Below are positions 1 through 8,360 of a stretch of 56,920 nucleotides of DNA, in pieces (the stretch's first letter is position 1; every line of letters begins with the position of its first letter). Source of the DNA: an uncultured Bacilli bacterium (GTDB lineage Bacteria > Bacillota_I > Bacilli_A > RF39 > UBA660); the NCBI GenBank assembly GCA_947600015.1, contig CANQFX010000001.1, positions 1 through 56,920 on the forward strand, given 5' to 3'. The notes beneath the pieces were generated by a model. The model was not told where the DNA came from and searched no databases. It was given only the letters and a program-made list of their open reading frames with translations. Position numbers and translations under genes: made by a program.

Positions 1-91
1 TTTCGGTGCGATTACTTTTTTTATTACCATATTTTCCCTTTGTTTTTATTAGTTATCATCTACAAAGGAATTTATTCAAAAGAAAGAAACA

Positions 92-304
92 CTAATCCAA
101 AATTTCTAAATTATCAACTAATAAATCACTATAACTAAAAGATTTTACTTTGCAATCCTCTAAGGTAATAATAAAAATCGCTGGATACATTGCTGTAATC
201 ACTCCCTGGAACTCATCCACTTGATTTCTTGTACCGCGAAAACGAAAGGAATGAAGTTCTCCTTGATTCTTTTTTACTAATTCTTTCATCTTTTCAATCG
301 TCAT
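92..304 (-). CDS. veg: Veg family protein (DUF1021)
   Basis: 70 aa. The stretch YPAIFIITLE...KSFSYSDLLVDNLEI resembles B. subtilis Veg as I recall it. It follows ksgA-yabG as in B. subtilis. Its start overlaps the yabG stop as ATGA. Confidence 0.8.
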   Translation of the reverse strand: MTIEKMKELVKKNQGELHSFRFRGTRNQVDEFQGVITAMYPAIFIITLEDCKVKSFSYSDLLVDNLEILD

Positions 305-1086
305 CTTGGATACCCCACATACATTGTTCCATTCGTAATAATTCCTCCCATTCCATCACTCCCATATTTGGTTTTTTCAATTAATCGAATCAAATCAATA
401 CTTTGATTTCTATCAGACAGCGCTAAAGAAGAAGCAATAATAGCTGGATCAAGAGCATGAATATTAATTCTTTTCGGACTAGAAGCAAAATTTGCACCTG
501 CTTTAATTAATTCCTCATAGTTTGATTGACAAGCACCAGCAATTACAATTAATTTATCTTGGCTTTTTTCATATTTTCTAGCTTCTTTAATTGCCTCAAT
601 AAAATTCTTCGTATTTTGGTAATTTCCTAAATCTTTGACATCCTTTTTTTTTGCATAATAGGCATCATGCCCAGTAATCACTACAATATCTGGCCTAAAT
701 TCTTTTAATAGTTCTTCAATCCGATAAGCCATATCCATTTCAGCAATAGTTATTCCATTTGCTTTAATATTCATATCCTTATAAAATTTCATACAACGTT
801 CTAAATAATCACTATCTCCATCAATATGAAGAATTTTTCCAGGTAAATAAAAATATTGACTACGATCTAATTGAATATCTCGTACATTTTCTTCAATAAT
901 TTGTTGATCGGAAAGATTATCATGATCTCCTTTTGCTTTTACAAGGTCTTTTAAATCGCTATCTGCATAAAGCCGCAAGTCAACTCCTTTTAATATCGCA
1001 ACATTTCCATTAATTTCTAGAATTTTAAATAAGATATCATGATTATGAGAAATACGAGTCACAAAGTCCCCAATTCTAAAATCCAA
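301..1086 (-). CDS. yabG: Sporulation-specific peptidase YabG
   Basis: 261 aa with a TTG start. The N-terminus MDFRIGDFVTR...ILFKI matches the YabG N-terminus (MQFQIGDMVAR). Conserved ksgA-yabG-veg order. A GGAG RBS lies upstream. Confidence 0.85.
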   Translation of the reverse strand: MDFRIGDFVTRISHNHDILFKILEINGNVAILKGVDLRLYADSDLKDLVKAKGDHDNLSDQQIIEENVRDIQLDRSQYFYLPGKILHIDGDSDYLERCMKFYKDMNIKANGITIAEMDMAYRIEELLKEFRPDIVVITGHDAYYAKKKDVKDLGNYQNTKNFIEAIKEARKYEKSQDKLIVIAGACQSNYEELIKAGANFASSPKRINIHALDPAIIASSLALSDRNQSIDLIRLIEKTKYGSDGMGGIITNGTMYVGYPR

Positions 1087-1168
1087 ACTATCATCTCCAC
1101 TAAATTTTATTCCAAAAAAAAAGAAATATTACTTTCTTTGTTTAATTTATATATGGATTAAATTTCTC

Positions 1169-1981
1169 TTATTCACTATTGTAATACAATAACAATTCAT
1201 TTGCTAATTCTACAAAAATTTCATAACGCAACTCTTCTGCCCGTACACTTAGAGTAAAATGGTGTCTTTTTAATACCTCTTCTATAATTTCTAAATTATA
1301 TTGTTTTAAATTATTTCTTATAGTTTTTCTTTTATATTGAAAACTATCCCGTATCAACTTTTCAAAAAAAGAAAAATCCTTCATTGGAAGTAACCTTTTA
1401 GGAGAAAAGGAAAGTACCATGCTATCTACATTTGGTTCTGGAATAAATTCCTTTCTAGAAACCAAAAATTCCTTCTTTATATTAAAATAATAATTTAATA
1501 ATACACTAATGGAGCTATACTGCTTACTACCACAATTGGCACAAAATCGTTCTCCTACTTCTTTTTGCACCATCATAACAATTTTATCAAAGAAAAGATT
1601 ACTATGAATTAACTTCAAAATAATAGGTGTTGTAATATAATATGGTACATTACTAATAAAAAATAAAGTTTGGTACTTATATTTTTTGACATCTTCCATT
1701 AAATCAGCTTCTAAAAAATCTTTGAATAAAACAGATACATTAGAATTATCTGCTAATCTAGAAGCTAACTCTTCTTTCAAATCGCAATCAATCTCATAAG
1801 CTAAAACATTTGCAGCCTGTTTTGCCAACTCTTTTGTCATAATTGCTCCACCAGGACCAACTTCTATTACTAAAGAATTTTGATCTAATTTTGAAAGCGA
1901 AACAATTCTCTTTACAATATTTTTATCTTTTAAAAAATTCTGACCATATTTTTTCTTAAATTTCATATTATATTTTTCCAT
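1169..1981 (-). CDS. rsmA: 16S rRNA (adenine1518/1519-N6)-dimethyltransferase RsmA/KsgA
   Basis: Contains KKYGQNFL and the SAM-binding motif VIEVGPGGG-like (EVGPGGAIMT). The ORF-track start (TTG at 1996) is trimmed to the ATG at 1981, which sits behind a GGGGA RBS. Confidence 0.9.
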   Translation of the reverse strand: MEKYNMKFKKKYGQNFLKDKNIVKRIVSLSKLDQNSLVIEVGPGGAIMTKELAKQAANVLAYEIDCDLKEELASRLADNSNVSVLFKDFLEADLMEDVKKYKYQTLFFISNVPYYITTPIILKLIHSNLFFDKIVMMVQKEVGERFCANCGSKQYSSISVLLNYYFNIKKEFLVSRKEFIPEPNVDSMVLSFSPKRLLPMKDFSFFEKLIRDSFQYKRKTIRNNLKQYNLEIIEEVLKRHHFTLSVRAEELRYEIFVELANELLLYYNSE

Positions 1982-2035
1982 ATATATCCCCAACAAATCA
2001 TATCATAAAATAAAGAATCATAAATTGCAATAAAT

Positions 2036-2650
2036 TTATCCTTTCAATTCTTCTTTCTTTTTAGCAATGCTCACCAGTCTTTTAATTTGAAATACAAAAA
2101 TGATAAAAACAGGTATTAAAATAGCAAGGAAAAAGCCAACAGGATTCGTCAAAAATTGTTGTATATATCCTAATTTAGGAATTTTCAAAATAACTCGTCC
2201 AAAAACATCACTTTCTCTTACTAATGATCGATCTTCAACTGTATTATTATCTCCTTTTGTACGGTATACATACTCTCCTGTTTGTGCTAATTGTTTTCCC
2301 ACAATACGATGAGTCACTGTCATGCCAGAATAACTAGGATCAGAGGACGTAAAAGTAATAATATCTCCAATATTCAAGTCTCCTTTTTCTACTCGCTTTA
2401 CAACAATAGCATCCTTTACTTTTATTGTTGGTATCATACTTGGAGAAACAATTACATAAGCATTAAATAACGGATTTTTATGATTTCCTAGTTTCGTGTT
2501 ATAAAATAAATCTCCAAAATAATATAGAAAAAAGAAAAAGAAAGTAATTAGGAAGAAAAAAAGGGCAAGTAAAAAAGCACGGAAAATAAATTTACTAATA
2601 TATTGAAACTTTTGAAAAAAAGTCAATTGCTCTGAATTAATATTTTCCAT
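2036..2650 (-). CDS. sipW: Signal peptidase I, SipW/ER-archaeal type (S26B)
   Basis: N-terminal TM segment, catalytic-Ser motif VSPSMIPT, His motif THRIVG, KGDNN motif, and a C-terminal TM segment. Strong RBS GGAAGGAGG. Confidence 0.8.
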   Translation of the reverse strand: MENINSEQLTFFQKFQYISKFIFRAFLLALFFFLITFFFFFLYYFGDLFYNTKLGNHKNPLFNAYVIVSPSMIPTIKVKDAIVVKRVEKGDLNIGDIITFTSSDPSYSGMTVTHRIVGKQLAQTGEYVYRTKGDNNTVEDRSLVRESDVFGRVILKIPKLGYIQQFLTNPVGFFLAILIPVFIIFVFQIKRLVSIAKKKEELKG

Positions 2651-2781
2651 GACCCTATTCCTCCTTCCCCTAGTTTATTTTATTATAATACTTATGTGAG
2701 AAAAAAACTATGATTTAGAAAGAAAAAGAAAAAACTTTACACAAAAAAAATAACCATTGCAGTTATTTAATTTCATTTAAA

Positions 2782-3381
2782 TTATTTTGCTTTAGCATAA
2801 GCAAATACTTGTATAGTACAATGATATTCGCCTGTTTGCGGAAGATTTCCACTCATCCACATACGAAGACGATAATTATCATTGGCATCTTTTTTTCGCA
2901 CTACTTTTGCAAGAGACATAGCACCTTTCGGAGAACCAAAATCAGATTTTTTCGTTTGACCCTGAAAGGCCATTGGTTCAGAAACTTTTACATAACTACC
3001 ACTTTTTTGATGTTCAAGATAAACATGCAAATTATCATCTGGAATATTACAAGAAGACTTCTCTTTTACTAAAGCAATTTCATATTCTAAAGAAGCTTCA
3101 TCTAATACAGTAGAACTAATTGTAAAATCAAAATATTGATCTGCACTATCTAATTTTTTACCTTCTTTATCACTCATTACTTTTGCATTTGTAATGGACA
3201 ACTCATGATTTTCATCTGTATAAGTCAAAGAGATTCTACCTGCATCGACATCTTGCTTTATCACTTTTTTTGGTTTTCCATAAAAAATTACAAATAAAAC
3301 CATCAAGAGAATAATTACTCCCACCGTTGTTCCAATCATTGTAAATATAAAATTTTTTGATACTTTACTTTGCTCCTGCAT
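2782..3381 (-). CDS. Hypothetical signal-anchored/secreted beta-rich protein (paralogue B of 3386..3964)
   Basis: 199 aa. It has one N-terminal hydrophobic helix followed by DVDA/GRISL. It aligns with the upstream ORF at ISL, SD..G.KL, YE..L.K and (L/Y)RLR(I/M)W(L/M)S. A GGGAG RBS precedes it, and its start lies 5 nt after the upstream stop. Confidence 0.65.
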   Translation of the reverse strand: MQEQSKVSKNFIFTMIGTTVGVIILLMVLFVIFYGKPKKVIKQDVDAGRISLTYTDENHELSITNAKVMSDKEGKKLDSADQYFDFTISSTVLDEASLEYEIALVKEKSSCNIPDDNLHVYLEHQKSGSYVKVSEPMAFQGQTKKSDFGSPKGAMSLAKVVRKKDANDNYRLRMWMSGNLPQTGEYHCTIQVFAYAKAK

Positions 3382-3385
3382 AAAT

Positions 3386-3964
3386 CTAAACTCCCTTTCC
3401 TCTAATTTGAATTGAAAAACTTCTATCTTCTAGCGAAATTACATAAGCATCAGAAAGCCAAATGCGCAAACGGAGTATTTTTTGTTCGTGAGGTTTTAAA
3501 GTTCCACGATAAAGCAATTTCCCTGAGGAATCTTTTTTCGCGACTTTTAAATCATAATAACTAGGTATTTTATTTTCTTCATAACCTTCTACTGGTTGAT
3601 TATTCTCATCTGTTAAGTAGCACTTAATATAATTTGACTTTATCTCTTTTTCTACTTCTTTTTTTGTTAAATATAACTCATAATTAACTTTATAATCAAC
3701 ATCTGATTTAACTACAAATTCAGAATATCCATAAATCAAATTATTTTCTTGGCCATCTACTAGTTTGCGACCAACAGTATCAGAAATTGGTAAACGATTT
3801 TCTATCTGTAAATTAATTGTCCCAGAAATACTATGTAGGGAAATAGCAGCATCTAAATTAATATTTTTAAAAAGATACATGTAAAGAGCAACCCCAAAAA
3901 TCACAATACACCCAAGGATTAAAAAGAAAACACGAACCATTCTTCTTGAAAAGTGTTGTTTCAT
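3386..3964 (-). CDS. Hypothetical signal-anchored/secreted beta-rich protein (paralogue A)
   Basis: The ORF-track start is a GTG at 4000. The ATG at 3964 (MKQHFSRRMVRVFFLILG...) gives a classical n-region plus h-region followed by NLDA/AISL. It is paralogous to 2782..3381. Confidence 0.6.
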   Translation of the reverse strand: MKQHFSRRMVRVFFLILGCIVIFGVALYMYLFKNINLDAAISLHSISGTINLQIENRLPISDTVGRKLVDGQENNLIYGYSEFVVKSDVDYKVNYELYLTKKEVEKEIKSNYIKCYLTDENNQPVEGYEENKIPSYYDLKVAKKDSSGKLLYRGTLKPHEQKILRLRIWLSDAYVISLEDRSFSIQIRGKGV

Positions 3965-4045
3965 AACATCCGTCCTAACAAATAAAATAGAAAATATCAC
4001 ACGATTTTTCTACCCCTTATAATTAACTAAAGATTATCATAAAAA

Positions 4046-4801
4046 TTATGTAAAGTCAAATACCTTTACGGCATTATCCGTAGTAATTTCTGCAACCGTC
4101 TGCAAATCTGTATTACAAGCCTCCGCTATTTTTTCTGCAATAACTGGAATATATTTTGAACTATTCTTCTTACCGCGAAATGGATGTGGAGTTAAATAAG
4201 GACTATCTGTTTCTAACACAATAAAATCTAACCCTATCTTTTCTATCACTTGAACTAGATTACTGTTCTGAAAGGTTACAACGCCACCAATGCCTAAATA
4301 AAATCCCATGGATTGATAAATTTTAGCAGTTTCATAGCTACCACTAAAACAATGAATAATTCCTCTTACTGAAAATTGTTTTAATATTTCAATTGTATCT
4401 TTGGTTGCATCTCTACTATGAATAACAACAGGAAGATGTAATTCTTCTGCTAATGCTAATTGTTTTTTAAATAACAAAATTTGCTCTTCTCTTGTTGATT
4501 TATCATAATGATAATCTAAACCAATTTCTCCAATTCCTACTACATGAGGAGTAGAAAGCAATAATTGTTTCAAAGTTTCTAAATCTTGATCATTAATAGA
4601 AAGAACCTCTTCTGGATGATACCCTAACGTCAAATAAATCATTGGATATTTCATTGGAAATTCGATTCCTTCTTCTATGGATTCCTTACTACATAAAGAA
4701 ACAACAATCTTATCAATCCCTGATTCAATATTTTCTTTTATTACGAAATCAATATTATCATAATCTTCCTGAGATATATGACAGTGTGTATCAATAAACA
4801 T
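4046..4801 (-). CDS. tatD: TatD-family metal-dependent DNase/hydrolase (YabD)
   Basis: Contains FIDTHCHI and a GEIGLDY-type motif. It follows metG as in B. subtilis (metS-yabD). The AGGAG RBS abuts the first ATG (4810), so the second ATG (4801, 9-nt spacing) is preferred. Confidence 0.9.
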   Translation of the reverse strand: MFIDTHCHISQEDYDNIDFVIKENIESGIDKIVVSLCSKESIEEGIEFPMKYPMIYLTLGYHPEEVLSINDQDLETLKQLLLSTPHVVGIGEIGLDYHYDKSTREEQILLFKKQLALAEELHLPVVIHSRDATKDTIEILKQFSVRGIIHCFSGSYETAKIYQSMGFYLGIGGVVTFQNSNLVQVIEKIGLDFIVLETDSPYLTPHPFRGKKNSSKYIPVIAEKIAEACNTDLQTVAEITTDNAVKVFDFT

Positions 4802-4831
4802 TAAACACATCTCCTAAATAAAAATAATATA

Positions 4832-5005
4832 TTAATGGTGTTTGCTCCAACGATATATTTTAATTTTAATATAATAAAAAGTAACTACAAAAAAGTAAAT
4901 GACATCGATTATGTTTTTCTCTTCAAAAATATAAATAATTAAAAAAACTGCTAATGAAATATACATACTATCAAGAGAGAACATCTTTTCTAATTTGTTT
5001 TGCAT
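4832..5005 (-). CDS. Small hypothetical membrane protein (57 aa), absent from ORF track
   Basis: My translation is MQNKLEKMFSLDSMYISLAVFLIIYIFEEKNIIDVIYFFVVTFYYIKIKIYRWSKHH. It has two hydrophobic segments. The AAAGGAGA RBS lies 6 nt upstream of the ATG. It sits in the metG-tatD gap on the same strand. Confidence 0.5.
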   Translation of the reverse strand: MQNKLEKMFSLDSMYISLAVFLIIYIFEEKNIIDVIYFFVVTFYYIKIKIYRWSKHH

Positions 5006-5113
5006 AAATTTCTCCTTTAAATATATTTACTACAAAAGCGACTGCATTTCCACTATATCATAGAAAAAAAGCAAAAGAAAAAATTTTCTCTTACTTTTTA
5101 TTATATTGACAAT

Positions 5114-6655
5114 TTATTTTACATTCTCTAGAAAAAACTTTTCCTTATCAATTCTTTGAAACAATGGAGATGGACTACCTAAATGATAAGATAGATTTTC
5201 TTCAAAAGTAGAAATTTTACAATTTGTATTTAATTGTTCTAACATTTTTTGACTAGTTTCTGGCATAAAGGATTCTAATAATAACGCACTAACACGAATA
5301 GATTCTAACAAATGATAAAGTACCGTTTCTAAACGGTCTTGTTTAGAGTCTTCTTTTGCTAATACCCAAGGCATTGTTTCATCAATATATTTATTTGAAA
5401 GACGTAATAGTTGAAAAATTTCTGTAATAGCATCACTAATCTGCAATTCTTCCATTTTTTCACTTACAACTCGATTTAGAGAAGAAATATGAGCAAGAAA
5501 TTGTGAATCGATCGTTTCTTGTACCTTCTTATTAGAAATATGTCCCTCAAAATATTTATTTCCCATAGAAATCGTTCTTTGAACTAAATTTCCTAATACA
5601 TTAGCTAGTTCCCCATTAATTCGATCAATTACCAATTCATAAGTAATATTTCCATCACTAGAAAAAGGAATTTCATGAAGTAAATAAAAGCGAACAGCAT
5701 CTACACCAAATTCTTTAACTAAATCATCTGCATAAATAACATTTCCACGAGATTTACTCATTTTATCGTCATTCATTAAAAGCCACGGATGGCCAAATAT
5801 TTTCTTAGGCAATTCCAAACCTAAAGACCATAAAAAGCAAGGCCAATAAATACTATGAAAACGAATAATATCTTTCCCAATTAAATGTAAATCTGCTGGC
5901 CATCTTTTTTTAAATTCTTCGGTTTCATTTTCTACATCATATCCAATATTTGTAATATAATTTGTTAATGCATCCAGCCAAACATAAACAACATGTTTGT
6001 CATCAAAATCTACAGGAATTCCCCATTTTAACGATGTTCTAGAAACACATAAATCTTGAAGTCCTGGCTTTATAAAATTATTTATCATCTCATTCTTCCT
6101 AGATACTGGTTGAATAAAATCAGGGTGCTCCTCAATATACTTTTCTAAACGATCTTGGTACTTACTAAGTCGGAAAAAATATGCTTCTTCTGTTTGAAGA
6201 GAAACTTCTCTACCACAATCCGGACACTTACCATCTACTAACTGAGATTCTGTCCAAAAAGATTCACAAGGAGTACAATAAAGGCCCTTATATTCTCCTT
6301 TATAAATATCCCCATTTTCATACATTTTTTTAAATATATGTTGTACTACTTTTTCATGATGTGAATCTGTAGTACGAACAAATCGATCATAACTTGTATT
6401 CATTAAATCCCATATCGTACGAATCTCTTTTGCAACACTATCAACAAATTCCTTAGGGGAAACATTTGCCTCTTTTGCTTTTTCTTCTATTTTAATCCCA
6501 TGTTCATCTGTACCTGTTTGAAAATAAACATCATAACCTTGATATCTTTTAAATCTCGCAATTGCATCAGCTAAAACAATCTCATACGTATTACCAATAT
6601 GAGGTTTTCCAGAAGTATAGGCAATTGCCGTTGAAATATAATAACTTTTTTTCAT
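5114..6655 (-). CDS. metG: Methionyl-tRNA synthetase (short form, no C-terminal tRNA-binding domain)
   Basis: HIGH-type motif KPHIGNTYE, KMSKS motif, and Zn knuckle CTPCESF...CPDCG. Confidence 0.95.
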   Translation of the reverse strand: MKKSYYISTAIAYTSGKPHIGNTYEIVLADAIARFKRYQGYDVYFQTGTDEHGIKIEEKAKEANVSPKEFVDSVAKEIRTIWDLMNTSYDRFVRTTDSHHEKVVQHIFKKMYENGDIYKGEYKGLYCTPCESFWTESQLVDGKCPDCGREVSLQTEEAYFFRLSKYQDRLEKYIEEHPDFIQPVSRKNEMINNFIKPGLQDLCVSRTSLKWGIPVDFDDKHVVYVWLDALTNYITNIGYDVENETEEFKKRWPADLHLIGKDIIRFHSIYWPCFLWSLGLELPKKIFGHPWLLMNDDKMSKSRGNVIYADDLVKEFGVDAVRFYLLHEIPFSSDGNITYELVIDRINGELANVLGNLVQRTISMGNKYFEGHISNKKVQETIDSQFLAHISSLNRVVSEKMEELQISDAITEIFQLLRLSNKYIDETMPWVLAKEDSKQDRLETVLYHLLESIRVSALLLESFMPETSQKMLEQLNTNCKISTFEENLSYHLGSPSPLFQRIDKEKFFLENVK

Positions 6656-6679
6656 ATTTATAACTCCCTTCTTTTCAAT

Positions 6680-6930
6680 GAAATAAATTATGCAAATAAA
6701 AAAATTATTATAATATAAGGACGAAAAATATTCGCGGTACCACCTTACTTTATAATAACTTTCTATTATACACTTGAATAGTTAACGCCTATTTACGACT
6801 ATACCTACCTATCGATATAGTAGTTCAGAAGCCATATCTTATTTTTCTATTTATTCTCTTTTCCACCATCCGAGTTCTCTTTTATAAATTTCCTAAAAAT
6901 AAGACTCTCCGTCATAACTTTTAAGTTATG
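6680..6930 (-). promoter_or_regulatory. T-box leader (tRNA-sensing riboswitch) of metG
   Basis: On the minus strand, AAGGTGGTACCGCGAATATTTTTCGTCCTT (plus coordinates about 6717-6748) carries the invariant T-box GGTGGTACCGCG at 6733..6744, inside an AAGG/CCTT plus CGAA/TTCG antiterminator. Upstream there are a GACGGAGAGTC (GA/AGAGA-like) element and ATG triplets in candidate specifier positions. An extended -10 TGTTATACT lies at 6936..6944. Confidence 0.75.
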
Positions 6931-6953
6931 GCCATAGTATAACATAGTTTTTC

Positions 6954-7484
6954 TTATTCTTCAATATGTTTTCCTAAAAATTGAGACGCAACTTGAACTA
7001 ACTTCTCATCTAATTGACTGATATCATTTTTATCAGATATTACCAACACTAGCCCGATTGCATCACCATTCATAATGATAGGACAAATGACATAAGAAAA
7101 AACTTCTTTCTCATTTTCCAAAAGTTCTATTTCATGATTATTATATTCTACAATGTTTTTTCGTTCCTTCATTATATTTTCTAACATCTTAGAAATATTC
7201 TTATCTAAATATTTTTTTTTCAAATTCCCAGACACGGCAACAAAACGATCTCGGTCTGCTATCAAAATGTTTTTTTGAATTGTGCTATGAATAATATCTG
7301 CTAGTTGTTTTGAAATTTCTTCTATATTAGTCATTTTTGAAAATTTTTTTAAAGCAATCATTTCTCTATCTACAAAAATCTCCAATGATTCTCCATCACG
7401 GATTCTAAGAGTACGTCGAATTTCTTTTGGAATAACAATTCTTCCCAGATCATCTACTCTTCTTACTACACCAGTTGATTTCAT
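6954..7484 (-). CDS. spoVT: Stage V sporulation protein T (AbrB-type N-domain plus GAF-like C-domain)
   Basis: MKSTGVVRRVDDLGRIVIPKEIRRTLRIRDGE is an AbrB/SpoVT swapped-hairpin domain. About 176 aa, matching SpoVT length. It lies next to mfd as in B. subtilis. The start is trimmed from GTG 7499 to ATG 7484, behind a GAGGAA RBS. Confidence 0.85.
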   Translation of the reverse strand: MKSTGVVRRVDDLGRIVIPKEIRRTLRIRDGESLEIFVDREMIALKKFSKMTNIEEISKQLADIIHSTIQKNILIADRDRFVAVSGNLKKKYLDKNISKMLENIMKERKNIVEYNNHEIELLENEKEVFSYVICPIIMNGDAIGLVLVISDKNDISQLDEKLVQVASQFLGKHIEE

Positions 7485-7513
7485 ACAATTATTCCTCACT
7501 TTCTACATACTAA

Positions 7514-7542
7514 TATTTTTCCTAGATTATTATGATTTATAC
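7514..7542 (-). promoter_or_regulatory. Candidate forespore (sigmaF/sigmaG-type) promoter of spoVT
   Basis: The minus strand reads GTATA-N15-GGAAAAATA. This fits my recollection of the sigmaF consensus GYATA-N15-GGHRARHTX. It lies about 20 nt upstream of the spoVT RBS. Confidence 0.4.
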
Positions 7543-7659
7543 CTAATATTTACCTCTCACTATTATTATAATAAATATTCCCTAAAATTCCCTTGGTAAA
7601 TATTTCCATATTCCTATAAAAGCAAAAAAAGAAACGTTCTTTCGTTCCTTTTTTATTCT

Positions 7660-8316
7660 TTATTTCTCCGTTGTTTGAAAAAGTCTAGAATTTTCTAAAG
7701 TAAATAGATAATGATCTGTTTGTTCTTTAATCCCATTCATTAAAGTAGTGTCTTTCACTAAAATTTTAAAATCAATATTTTCTAATAATTGTCTTTGATA
7801 AGGTCCTGAAATAAATTTTACAAAATCGTTGGTAATTTTCTTTTTCGCTTCTTCAGCAATATTATCTGTAAACATATTGTTTACATTATTGACAATCTTT
7901 TTTTGTATAGTTAGTTTTAATTTTTCTTTTAATTCCTTTTTTATTTGTTTATTTATGGAAGTAAAATCTTTCCTAGTTAATTTGATTTCTCCCTCTTGCG
8001 TCTGAAATAAACTTTCTATTTTTTGTTCCAAATAATTCATTCGAATTTTCTTTAAATTCTTACAAAAGTGAATCATTTCCTTACGATAATTACTTAAAAT
8101 TTTTTCTAGTTCCTCTATATTTAAAATTGTTTTATTTTTTTTCGCAATATCTAATATTTTGGTTTTAATGACATCCATAGAATCAAGGGGAGGTTTTTTT
8201 AACAAGGAAAGAATGTCTTCTTCAAATAATACTTGTGTATTATTTTGCATATTTTCTATGATTACTTTCCGATAATTATTTAGATGCTGCTTCTTAAATT
8301 CTTCTAATGTATCCAT
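7660..8316 (-). CDS. Hypothetical soluble K/E-rich, predicted helical protein
   Basis: 218 aa with a strong AGGAGTG RBS. A hairpin plus T-run follows at about 7621-7655. I recognise no motif. Confidence 0.6.
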   Translation of the reverse strand: MDTLEEFKKQHLNNYRKVIIENMQNNTQVLFEEDILSLLKKPPLDSMDVIKTKILDIAKKNKTILNIEELEKILSNYRKEMIHFCKNLKKIRMNYLEQKIESLFQTQEGEIKLTRKDFTSINKQIKKELKEKLKLTIQKKIVNNVNNMFTDNIAEEAKKKITNDFVKFISGPYQRQLLENIDFKILVKDTTLMNGIKEQTDHYLFTLENSRLFQTTEK

Positions 8317-8360
8317 GTCTTACACTCCTAGTATATTAAATTTAACAATTTTTTGCTAAA

